The notes under the pieces were generated by a model. It worked only from the letters and a program-made list of their open reading frames with translations, did not search any database and was not told the DNA's origin. Shown here in pieces: positions 52,878-64,000 of a DNA stretch of 64,000 nt (positions are counted from its first letter, which is position 1; every line of letters starts with the position of its first letter). Source of the stretch: Mizuhopecten yessoensis (taxonomy: Eukaryota). The translations under genes and the position numbers were made by a program. The DNA lies in contig NW_018407085.1 of assembly GCF_002113885.1 (NCBI RefSeq), positions 58,766 through 122,765 on the forward strand. The letters run 5' to 3'.

Positions 52878-53704
52878 GTAAGATTTTACTCTTTAAACGA
52901 AAAGACTTGCATTGTCTATATAGTTTGGTAAACTCTCCTAATTGTTACTAGCGTGGCCTTTCCTGTCAAATCTAACTAATGTGACCTTGACCCGCTGCCA
53001 ACTTTAACATATGTGACCTGCCTTATTAATTCCTAAACTGATCTAGCTAGTTCAGCCCTCTTTATCTCGGTAAACTAGAATGACTTTGCCTATTCAATAA
53101 GCTGACCATTTGTTAAGGGAATGTGATGGTTTGTCGTAGAGACTAATAGTGTTTTTTTCTATGTTACAATAAGCTTTGTCATTATTTCGGGGAATTTGAT
53201 GGTTTGTTTCTATTACGTCAGGGGTCTGATTTCTCTGTTTCTGTTTCTCTGTAACAACATGCTGTGTCAGTGTGTCCGGAGTTTGATGTGTTTTTCCTGT
53301 TTCAGCAAGTCTTTCCATTATTAGGGGGAGTGTGATGTCATGTTTTTTAAGCTTGACTTTGCCCTAAAAGCAATCTCCCGTGTTCTGGGAACACCCTTTA
53401 GTCTGATTAATAACAAGTAAAAGTTTAACTTGCTTAGTATAAGACTAAAAGGCCCTTAAACGAGTATCTGAGATTAACCCGCTATAATGTTCCGTCGGAC
53501 TAAATTGTTTAAGAAGATGTATTTCTCTGTTACAGCTAGCTTTGGTATTTTGTCGAGGAGTTTGTTAACATGTTTCTCTGTTTTAGCAAGTCTTATCTTT
53601 ATCAACGGGAGTGTGAGGTCATGCTTCTTTGCTACTATTTCTCAGTTGCAGCAAACCTAGCTCGGTATTTCATACTATATTTATGACATGTTCCTCTTTT
53701 GCAG

Positions 53705-53961
53705 CTAGCCTTGCCATTATGTCTGGGACGGTGATGGGGATTAAGGGGAAGGACTACGTGTACGATCTACAGCGGAACGAGTATGTTGTCTTCTCCTATA
53801 ATCAAAAGAAGATAGATATCACGGGGCCACTCAACCTCGGCTGGTCCTTTGTCGTCAACGTCTTTGCCGCCATCTTTACGTACGCTTCGTTCGCCTTTCT
53901 TGCTGTCGAATACAAACTGCTACCGGAAGACGACGGTCATGAATGCCAGGAAAATGTCTGA
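53705..53961 (+). CDS. Claudin/PMP22-family gene, coding exon 3 (rest of TM3, TM4, stop)
   Basis: ctcttttgcag|CT AGC; (A)SLAIMSGTVMG...LGWSFVVNVFAAIF...ENV*; GWSF precedes TM4. Confidence 0.88.
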
Positions 53962-55831
53962 AGCTTTCACAAACGACACATCATGTGGTGACAGATGTAG
54001 GAGAGTATGTCTATCTTAAATGAACAGGATAACACAAGGTGTCGGACGCATTGTACGGATATCACATTGTACCTCAGGTTGTCATGCTATATTTTGTGTA
54101 GTGTTTCATAAAATGAAAATGTGCCATAATATCGTTACATGTCATAATGTTTGGGACGTTGGAGAGGCACCTGGTGTTATGAGACTTGAATGCTAATTTT
54201 AGGATTGCAATTACGTTCCGGCGACATTTGTTGTTGGGAAATTATTACATTGCACAATTTAGATTTATGTATGATGTCTCAGCGTCCGTTGCTTGTGAAA
54301 TTACGTGCTGCTTTATGTTAATACTGCTCAGTACAGACTCCCAAAAGTAAACCTATTCCGGTACTTTATAGGGCATATACTTCCGGAACTAAGGTCATAT
54401 CAGGAGGCTGTGTCTCATTTTGTTTTCATGACAGGAGAGGACGTCCGGTGGAGTGAAATAAGGGGCCGTATACTGCCAATAGTTTATAATATCGCATGGT
54501 GTCAAAATCATATATAAATTTCAAAAAAGCATGGATGAGTAAGATAAGGTCCAATAGCCAGCAAGCAGAGCACTTTTGCCTGTTCCATTAATGGGGGAAT
54601 TGCGAAAATGCTATGAATTGGTAGAAAGTCTGAAAGAGCTCGTTACGAGAGCGGAGGTGAAATTGTGCGTGGTGATGAAACAGTGTCAGAATGGTATGTG
54701 TTGTGTGTAGTAGTAATACGTCATAACTCTAGATTATCACACTGTGTGTTGAGGGTTTCTCATCGCGAGCACGTGGATTAAATCGAGAGGCCATCGCAGG
54801 TGGAGTCTATGTACTTACCATATACATTTCTCCATTCATAAAAAATGTCAACTAAACAACGTAAATTTTCCAAATGTCTTTTAGCTATAGGCTGCAATGA
54901 CCGATCCTCGATCTGGAACAAACGTAAACAAATAGGTTTGCGCGGAAGAATACCATGAACCTTAAAACTATGTAGAAAAATATTTTTCCAAACAATTTTA
55001 TCGTCATTGGCTTCTACATATATTATATAAGCTTATAAAGTGTTGTTGTCCTCACAATATTTTTTCGTAATTTTATATTGATATGTTTATGATGGAATAT
55101 TTTCTTACACGGATCCATTTTGTGTGGACATTATTTCCGGCTCAGGCCGTAGCCTGGCGCGACCAGACGTCAACGTTCCTTTTTGGGCAAATGTGTTTCA
55201 GAATGGGAAAATCCTTTCTCAAGTCGATCTCATTTTCTTCTTAAGTATTCCGCACTGACAACACATGATAATGAATCTATAGATGAAGATTATGTAAAGT
55301 AATACTACATTGACATAATGGTGTGTAGTAATACATAGTGAGGATGTAATGTGTGGTGGTATGGTTTGGGAATGGTGTGTGATGGTAGATCTGGACTGTG
55401 CTAAAGTTTTTATGGCGATACAGTGTGACGATGGTGTGTGCGGTGGTAGAAGTGTTTCAGGAGAAACATTGTGACGATGGTGTATGTGGTGGTGCGATTT
55501 GAAAATTGTATGAACAACTTTATGGTAATTGTATGTTTTGCATGGTAAACTATATATACAAATGGTTTCTTGCTTGTATATTGTATTGAAAATAACCAAG
55601 GGAGATGTAATTTTGGAAGGCATCTTATCGGCATAATGATTTTTTCTATCTGATGCAACGAAGAAAATGGTTCCTTCAATTTTACATATGTGTCTTGCTT
55701 ACAATTGTGTACCCATTTTGCAAATGTCGTCAATAAAATCAATTTCTAAAAGTATACAGATCAGAGTGTTTGTATTAATCAACAACAGATATGTATCTGA
55801 GCTGAGTTGCATGTGGGTCTGGTAAACTTAT

Positions 55832-56009
55832 GTCACAAGAGAGGAAAAATACACGGCCAGAATGGGACCTACCGAACTCTAGACGGACGCTCTAAAATTG
55901 CGACAGGAGAGAGGAAAAATGCACGGCCGGACAGGGGTTTGAACCCGGGACCCTCCCAACTCTAGGTGGACGCTCTAACCGATTGAGCCGTATATACCTG
56001 GTCGCCGGC
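55832..56009 (-). mobile_element. tRNA-derived SINE head or tRNA pseudogene with an adjacent partial copy
   Basis: Reverse complement reads GGCTCAATCGGTTAGAGCG (A box) ... GGGTTCAAACCCC (B box); anticodon stem pairs poorly; partial duplicate at 55832-55896. Confidence 0.6.
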
Positions 56010-56816
56010 GAAAGATGTAGTAAATTAGATTTTCCTGATTTAATTATTTATCAAAGGAAAACTGCCATCTGTATCTCTGACTATGAAACGAGCAAGTATA
56101 AATTAAATATAATATTATTATATATTATAATTATTCATAAAAATAAACAATGCGCATGTACATACATTATAAAATTAAGATTAAATTGTAAACCCAGACC
56201 CAATTTTAATTATCACCTAAAGATCACGTATTCATTATAATTAAGTGAAGGAAAGCATATATATTTTCGTGTACAAATGTATAACAAGAGGAGTAAACAT
56301 ATACATGTAAGAGGCATGTAGCCCGGAGCGTATTTGATATTTAGGTACCAAATTACACGATCGCAGTAAGGTTCGTATCTACAACCCAAGCATTCATTTT
56401 GTAGAAACTGTATTGTTAACCAATCATGTAGGAGACAATTGGTTAAAGAAACGATTTTGAGCAAGGCATCGATAAGTGCAGGACTCCCAATTGTATATGA
56501 TTTACCTTGAAATGATGAGCTTAAACCTCGTATTGGCCCGATTGAAATAAATAATAAAAGTATTCCCAGCAAATCTCAATTTGGTCTTAAACGGCTTCGC
56601 GAAAAATTAAGACTGCATGTATATGTTGGCTAAAACGTGTAAAATTACTCTGAACACCTTAGTTTAGGTACAAAAATATAGCTGTAACAAATTCTCAGAT
56701 CCCTGTGGTTGTCTCCATTTACCTTTTCCGCACTCTGAAACGAACGCACCCTGATCATTTCCGGCACGAGGTGGCGTTCATTACAAACTTCCGGAATAAA
56801 CAAACCGAATAGAAAG

Positions 56817-56915
56817 ATGGATAAGTTTGTAACAAAAAAACCTAGAGAAGCCCAAGGAATAGTGAAGAAAGCGCCGAAAACGTACTACAAACAGAGTACG
56901 ATCGAATCTCTGAAG
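56817..56915 (+). CDS. TCEANC2: TCEANC2 (TFIIS N-terminal and central domain protein 2), coding exon 1
   Basis: MDKFVTKKPREAQGIVKKAPKTYYKQSTIESLK|gtaaaa matches recalled vertebrate TCEANC2 N-terminus MDKFV...YKQATIESLK. Confidence 0.88.
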
Positions 56916-57006
56916 GTAAAATACCACTTCGAAAGGATCATTCATTGAGATGTGTACGAATACATCGTTGCACCACAATGTCACTGTGTAAAATGGTAAA
57001 TGACTC

Positions 57007-58735
57007 GGTAACGGGTTGTTTCGCCCCAAATCCCGTTCGCCCTAAGGGTTGTTTCGCCCCAAATCCCGTTCGCCCAAGGTTGTTTCGCCCTAAAAAAATT
57101 TTTTTTTCTTTAAGTCATAAATATCATGTTAAAAGTTAAAAAAAATATCTTTCTCTTGAATCAAGATATAATTACGTGCCGGAAGGTGAAGAATGAACCT
57201 GTATATTCATCACCGAATCCAACAACGGACATACTAATATTCGGAATAAACTGTATATTATCGTTTTCATTTCTTTACCTTAATTAAGTAATGTTGTTCT
57301 TTATAAAATGCACCTGTATATATTTTAACGTTAAAAATATTTAAAACATGATATAAACAATTAAAAAGCACCCTGTCACGTCAGCCATTTTATATAAAAC
57401 AAATTTCTCTTAGTACATAGATACGTATACGAAATCGACATAGATTAGGTACAAATTGCGTATAAGAATGAAAAGAAATTAATACTTTAATCATATATAT
57501 CTATAATATACAGATAAGATATGGATATTATGATATAATGAAACTAAATTAATTTCTCTATGGACAATACTTATAATATATAGATAAGATATGGACATAT
57601 AATGAAACTAAATTAATTTCTCTAAGTACATAGATACGTTTACGAAATGGACATAGATTAGTTACAAATTGCGCATATAGACTGAAACTACATACGTATA
57701 TTAATTGCGTATAAGGATGAAATACTTTCTCTAGAGACGTATACGAAATGTAAATAATTCCCCAAGTACATAGATACGTATTTTAATTGTTAAGCAGATG
57801 TGTACATTTGAATTATGAAATAAACGTTGGCAATTTACTTAGGGAATTGTCAAAATACATTAAATATACTTATATAATAATGTACTTGCCAGTCTGGCAG
57901 GTTCTACGCTGCCAACAGTCACACACATCACTTCAGATACCATGCTGTCTGCGTCTAACCACGGAGTCACACAAAATGCACAAATCATCCATAACGTAAA
58001 TTACGTTATGGATGATTTGTGCATTTTGTAACTTGTCATAAATAGAGCATTTCTCAGTACTGTGCTATAACTCAACATTACCAATGTTGAATTATAACAC
58101 AGTATTGAGAAATGCTCTATTTATGACAAGTTACCTACTCAAAATTATCTCACTACTCAAATATGCATATTGATTTTTATTGGTCGGTACTATCACGGAC
58201 TTCAATCTAATTCCATGGTACTATCAAAACTTCTCAAAATGGACATAATCTCCAATTAGCAAAAAACAACACGGACGTGTGCAGAAATCAAGTAAAGAAA
58301 ACATCGTCACACGGCGACGAGTATGCGTACAGCCGTACACTAAACTAATTTAAATGTGTTAACATGGAAAATAATATTGTTGTATACCCCGCAATTTTTA
58401 AAATTACACCATTTTTGTTTCATTTCACTATTCTTACTTATTTCTAAAATTAAATTCAATATATGTTATAATGTGTGTCGGCGTTAAGAAAATAACGTAA
58501 TCCGTTTTTTGCTTTACAATGTACTTAAAACAACACAAACACATTTTTTTTTTTAAATAAAACTAATTTTAATGATATGAAAGACTAAGAAGACTTAATT
58601 TGTGACTTAAAACAAATAAAAATGAAAAGAAAATACCAAGCAATGTTTCGCCCTAAAAAAAATGTTTTAGGGCGAAACAACCTGGCGCGAAACAACCTAG
58701 GGCGAACGGGATTTGGGGTGAAACAACCCGGAACC
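57007..58735. mobile_element. Non-autonomous Mutator/MULE-like DNA transposon in TCEANC2 intron 1
   Basis: 9-bp TSD AAATGACTC (56998-57006 and 58736-58744); TIRs GGTAACGGGTTGTTTCGCCCCAAATCCCGTTCGCCC with repeated GGTTGTTTCGCCC subterminal units; no transposase ORF. Confidence 0.88.
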
Positions 58736-60815
58736 AAATGACTCGATGAGACCATTGAGGGTGATCGGATAATATACTATGTATTTGAAAAATAATCCCT
58801 CCACCCCGGCCCGACCTCCCTCAATCCAGCACTGACCAGGTTAGGCACCGCATATGGGTAAAAATCCAGCATTTGGGTAACAGTTACTGTACCCATTTTA
58901 GTATAACATCTTTATTACTGAAATGGGGAAGAAAATGAAATAAAAACATGCAAAGTTCTTTTAAACGCTTCGAGCAAAAAAAGGTCGTTATTCGTTAAAC
59001 TTACTGCTAAACACAATTTATAACACTATGAAGTACACTAGTACAAGTTATCAATTCTGATGTTTAACTTTTTGTGAAAATGACTAATTAAGCATATCAC
59101 TGACTTTGTTCTCTCCATGACTTCAGTGTGTAGTCAATGGGATCATCCATTGCAAATGTGACTACAGTAGGTGAGCATGATTTGTTTCTGTGTTCTATAG
59201 CTTCTCTAAAACACAAGTTATAAGCAATATTAATGGAGGTGATGAAGTTTGTCATTTTTACAAAGATTAAGACATCTGATCATGAATAAACATATGTTTG
59301 TGCACAATTGTATCTTATTGTATATATATGTTTGATTGGGTTATGTTGAAAGAATAAGGCCTTTTTTGTTCATATTGTTTAAAAGAACTTTATATTTTTT
59401 TTCAAATTGTTACTGAAATGGGTAACAATATTACCCAAATGCAGGATTATTACCCATGTGTACCTTTGTGCCCAACCTGCTGAATACCTGTGATAAAAGC
59501 TACCAGATACTTTTTTGTTTGTTTGTGTGAGTGTTTGTATGTCCGCTTCACTACCGAGTAGTTCGATTATCGAGAAGACGAAGAAAACATATGAAAATGA
59601 GTAGAAGGGATAAAGTATGTTGTGAAGGGAAAGAAAAGTATGAAAGACATACCAGGTACATGTGCATTGTCAGCAAAAATGCATACTGGTTTGGTTCATT
59701 TGTTTAGCACTCACAGTGAAGTTTGAAATTCAGGTAATCATATATAATTAAGTCCTGGACTCATGCTTTTCCAGTGGGACTCGCCAACTTCGTGAGGACC
59801 CACTAGATCTAGATATCGTACTTACATGTTTCATACTCAACAGAATTTTGAAAAAGATGTTTTAGTCTGAAAAAAATCTACAAAAGTCACTGTATAAGCA
59901 AACAGCACCTTGCACTTTATAATAAATTTATTGATCTGTGTTTTTAACCCCTGCAGTGATTTTTTTTTTTAAGTGTTTTCTTAACATTTATATAAAAAAA
60001 AGATGAGTCCTCATGCAGTGTTACTAAGAAAGGAAGAATAATAATTATAAGAGACATAATGGGTTTCTCTTCCAGTTTGTGAGTCCCACAGGGAATGTAT
60101 GAGTTTTAATTAGCACTCATTTATCCGATTCCTTTCCCTTCTCCAACATGGCTTTGGATCCAAGCATACATTCAATGTAACCTCTGTTAATCAAAACTAG
60201 TGACCTTCACTACAGAGACAATATATATACAATGACCTTTCCGAGGGATTTGTGAGTTTTCCTCTTTTGATATTGGGAGGGAAATGTCTAAATTTCATTT
60301 TGAATAGATATATTTTTTTCGGTTCCAAATACATAGACATGAAAACCCCCATTAAAATCAGCTGGTGATATCCAGCTACCTCCCTTCGCTTGTTGTGCAC
60401 AGCTAATTTTTACTCATATAAAAATGTGAATAATTATATTGCGTCAAATATTAATTGAGGCCTGTTGAAAATGGATCAAATTATTGCTGACATTTTCTAC
60501 CAACATATGGTGTAAACCAGTTCTCTAAAAATCCTGCTTCTAATTATAACATGCCATATTCATGAAATTATGGTTGTTAAGGGTTTACCGTTTAATGACA
60601 TGTAATTTATTGAAGTAGTCTATATAGTTATTCTATGTGTATTATATATGTACATTTGTATGTATGTATGCTGTCTAATGACTTAATCTTCAATAATTAT
60701 GCTAAAATGGTAAAAAAGGAATTAATAGATGCAAAATCCCTATATATACCGGTAGTTGTACATGGTTTAAGAATTGAAGCAGAGACATAGTGATTTTAAA
60801 ACACTTCGTTTGCAG

Positions 60816-60957
60816 GGTGTTGTGGTGATTGAAGATATTCATCGAATCCAAGCCAAACTACGCCTAAACAGCACAACACAGGAGGAAATGGTGGAATGCT
60901 TAAGGGAACTTGGCAAGAAAATACCACCCCGCAATGTGATGAAGGACACCAAAATAG
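60816..60957 (+). CDS. TCEANC2: TCEANC2 coding exon 2
   Basis: tttgcag|GVVVIEDIHRIQAKLRL...LRELGKKIPPRNVMKDTKI(G)|gtgatt. Confidence 0.9.
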
Positions 60958-61901
60958 GTGATTTTAAATTTACTGTATATAACTAACATTGATTATGTAT
61001 ACAAATTTTGTTTAACAATCCATGGGATACAACTTACAAGGATAATAGTTACTATTTTGATTCATTGCCTTAAGATTTTCAATTAGATTTGTTTAAATGG
61101 TAATAAATTAAAGCAGTTTTCAAGTTGCAAGAATTTAAATATTGCATGTATATTTTAGACCTTTTATTTGTTTCATAATCCATTTATAACATAAGCAATT
61201 CATTTGAAATGAAGGAATGCATCTAGTTTAATTTAATTATGACTGGTTTTGTTGGTTAAAATTTTGTGAGGGTCATAATTTAAACTGTTAAAGATACATT
61301 ATATCTTAATTATGACATTTTATGTTACCTACATTTACAATGTACATCACTCACAAATAGTGTGCAATGCACCAGATTTTGGTGTCTGTGACCTTCAACT
61401 CAAGGTCAGAAGTCAAATACGTGCTAGATTTTCATAAAATATTTTTCTTTATCATGACATTTCAATGGTCAAGACATATCTTACATAAATTGGAGTGTAC
61501 GTGGGATGGCATCAACCTCAGAAGATGTAAAAAAATACTTTATTTAAAACACTGTGATCTTAATCTAAGGCAAAAAGGTCAAATAAGTACCTACAGTATA
61601 AAACAAATTAAGTCACGATTGAAGAATATACCTACATTACTCACAGAAAGTGTTAGTCACTGGTAAAGAGTATTGTANTTCACTACCGGTTTTAAGGGTT
61701 GAAAAACATCAGAAAATATGTATTCTGTTTATGTCATGTTTCGGTTAATATCATGTTTTTCTCTGACAAATGGGAAGTGATATTAAGAGGAATCTACTGT
61801 AACATGTTTTTCTTCAAAAAAAAGTCTTTAGTTACATTTAATCTCCCTATTTTTGGTAGACTGTTGACCAAAACATATTTCTATGTATGCAATACCTTCA
61901 G

Positions 61902-61993
61902 GTAAAGTTGTGAACAAGCTGAGGCAGCATGAAGACAGCGTAATCAGGAAAGAAGCCAAGAAGGTTTATATCAAATGGAAAAGTCATTTTGAG
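61902..61993 (+). CDS. TCEANC2: TCEANC2 coding exon 3
   Basis: ccttcag|(G)KVVNKLRQHEDSVIRKEAKKVYIKWKSHFE|gtaagc; TFIIS-N motif IGxxVNxLR...W. Confidence 0.9.
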
Positions 61994-63054
61994 GTAAGCT
62001 TTTCTTCGAGAAAAAAGCTACGTGTACTTCTTTTGCATCTATTTTTGAGTTCTCAAATTTATTTTGAATCTATATGAACTCACAAAGCACAGAAAGTGAA
62101 GCCAGAAGAATAAAACCACAGTATTTGTTTAATATTAAGTTTTCACACTCTGAAGCATTATGTAACAAATTATTGCATTTTTAAACAGAATTGAACAAAA
62201 GTGTATTCAGTTACTCTTGACCTATACAGGAGGTTACACATAGGTCTGAAAGTGTATTACAATATAAACAGCTATGGATATTGTTTGCTAGGGGTGTCAG
62301 GGTACGTAAATATCTGTGTTGTGTGTTATACTTTTTATATATGTATTATATTGTGATTGCTCTTTTCTAAGCTTTGGAAATCATATTTCAGATGATATTC
62401 ACAGGCAAAACACACCATAAACTTCCAATCAACATTAGCAGCAATGTTTTGACCTGATTGTTTGTTGGTTTTTTTCTTCTGAATTGTAATGCATGGTCAA
62501 CTTTATGTGTATTGAAAATTTCTCCAGTACTGGGCAGTAGTAAATTTGATTTTAAAGTGTAACACTCGTGTATATGTTGATCCAATCACTTACAAACCTG
62601 GGATATGATACTTTCTATTTCTGTGATAACTGTTACTGCTTTTTATTTATATATGTGATTATCTCCCTTTACTTGTAATATAATGTGTTATTGTTATTTT
62701 ACATATGTTTATCGCAATAATAGCTCTCAAGAGCTTATGTTCCTTGTTAACCTGTATGCGACGTTAAATAAAGTTTCTCGTATCTTGTATCCAAAGTTTT
62801 GGAATACAGACTTGGACTACCTGTTGTGATTGTTCTCTGCTTAAAAATATATTTGTGTTAATAGTATCTGTGTATGTATCTACATTGTGTATATTACTAG
62901 CTATATATATATAGTGACATCATGGATTGATGCATATTTGTCTATCTCACTCTTCTTTGAAGAACTGTTTACTGAAGAGGTGAATGGCATAGGGAAATAT
63001 GTTTTGTTTGATTTTTTTAATCATCTGTATGTATATGTATTAATCCTGTTATAG

Positions 63055-63156
63055 AATTTACAAGACCGACAACAGATAGAGGTAAAATGTGATGCTAGAA
63101 CAGAAAGACTGAGGTCATCAGGACAAAGACTGTTGTCCGAGTCCCTGGGAGTAAAG
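63055..63156 (+). CDS. TCEANC2: TCEANC2 coding exon 4 (3' boundary uncertain: 63150 or 63156)
   Basis: gttatag|NLQDRQQIEVKCDARTERLRSSGQRLLSESLGVK, similar to recalled RPSIEVRSDPKTESLRKNAQKLLSEALELK. Confidence 0.8.
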
Positions 63157-64000
63157 GAAAACACACAATTACATACTGATACAGTTAAATACATTAGTCA
63201 TACTTGGTATTACTGACTGTTATTGGTGAGTCACTTGAAGTAAAGGTAAACACACAATAACATACTGATACAGATAAATACAATAGTCAAACTTGGTATT
63301 ACTGACTGTTATTGGTGAGTCACTGGGAGTAAAGGTAAACACACAATTACTTACTGATACAGATAAATACAATAGTCAAACTTGGTATTACTGACTGTTA
63401 TTTGTGAGTCACTGGGAGTAAAAGTAAACACACAATTACTTACTGATACAGATAAATACAATAGTCAAACTTGGTATTACTGACTAGTATTGGTGAGTCA
63501 CTGGGAGTAAAGGTAAACACACAAATACAGTTAAATACAATAGTCATGCTTGGTATTACTGACTGTTATTGGTGAGTCACTGGAAGTAAAGGTAAACACA
63601 CAATTACTTACTGATACAGTTAAATACAATAGTCATACTTGGTATTACTGACTGTTATTGGTGAGTCACTGGGGGTAAAGGTAAACACACAATTACATAC
63701 TGATACAGTTAAATACAATTGTCATACTTGGTATTACTGACTGTCATTGGTGAGTCACTGGGAGTAAAGGTAAACACACAATTACTTACTGATACAGGTA
63801 AATACAATTGTCATACTTGGTATTACTGACTGTTATTGGTGAGTCACTGGGAGTAAAGGTAAACACACAATTACATACTGATACAGATAAATACATTAGT
63901 CATACTTGGTATTACTGCGTGTATTTGGTGAGTCACTGGGAGTAAAGGTAAACACACAATTACATACCGATACAGATAAATACATCAGTCATACTTGGTA
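63128..64000. repeat. 89-bp minisatellite starting inside TCEANC2 exon 4 and running off the window
   Basis: gtaaagg recurs at 63151, 63240, 63329... Confidence 0.95.

Noticed and set aside
55219-55742. His/Thr-rich 134-aa and 110-aa ORFs
   Set aside because: Derived from low-complexity GTG/TGT-rich sequence
55903-56009. Functional tRNA gene
   Set aside because: A and B boxes are present but the anticodon stem does not pair well and a partial duplicate is adjacent; SINE or pseudogene is more likely

Overview
AT-rich animal genomic DNA with spliceosomal introns and SINEs; a bivalve mollusc is my guess from the repeat types, not a certainty. The centrepiece is a fully bounded but decayed 16,060-bp Polinton/Maverick (adintovirus-like endogenous virus) at 16306-32365. 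It has AGTAGT...ACTACT termini, TIRs of about 190 bp and a 6-bp TSD (GAATGA). Its minus-strand gene train is BIR/IAP-like gene, Cys/His protein, integrase, penton, basic core protein, hexon, adenain protease, packaging ATPase, two small ORFs and a protein-primed PolB. The structural genes look like group-1 (alpha) Polinton genes while PolB looks group-2 (beta), so it may be a hybrid. Host genes are the last exon of a class-A peptide GPCR (15104-15508), a 3-exon claudin/PMP22-family gene (45497-53961) and the first four coding exons of TCEANC2 (56817 to about 63156). In both multi-exon genes, tandem arrays are built from the splice junctions themselves: about 110 copies of an acceptor plus exon start, and about 10 copies of an exon end plus donor. 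Also present are a non-autonomous Mutator-like element with a 9-bp TSD and a double palindrome, a MITE, three SINE-like elements, several satellites and a local segmental duplication. All family assignments come from motif recognition by eye; no searches were run.
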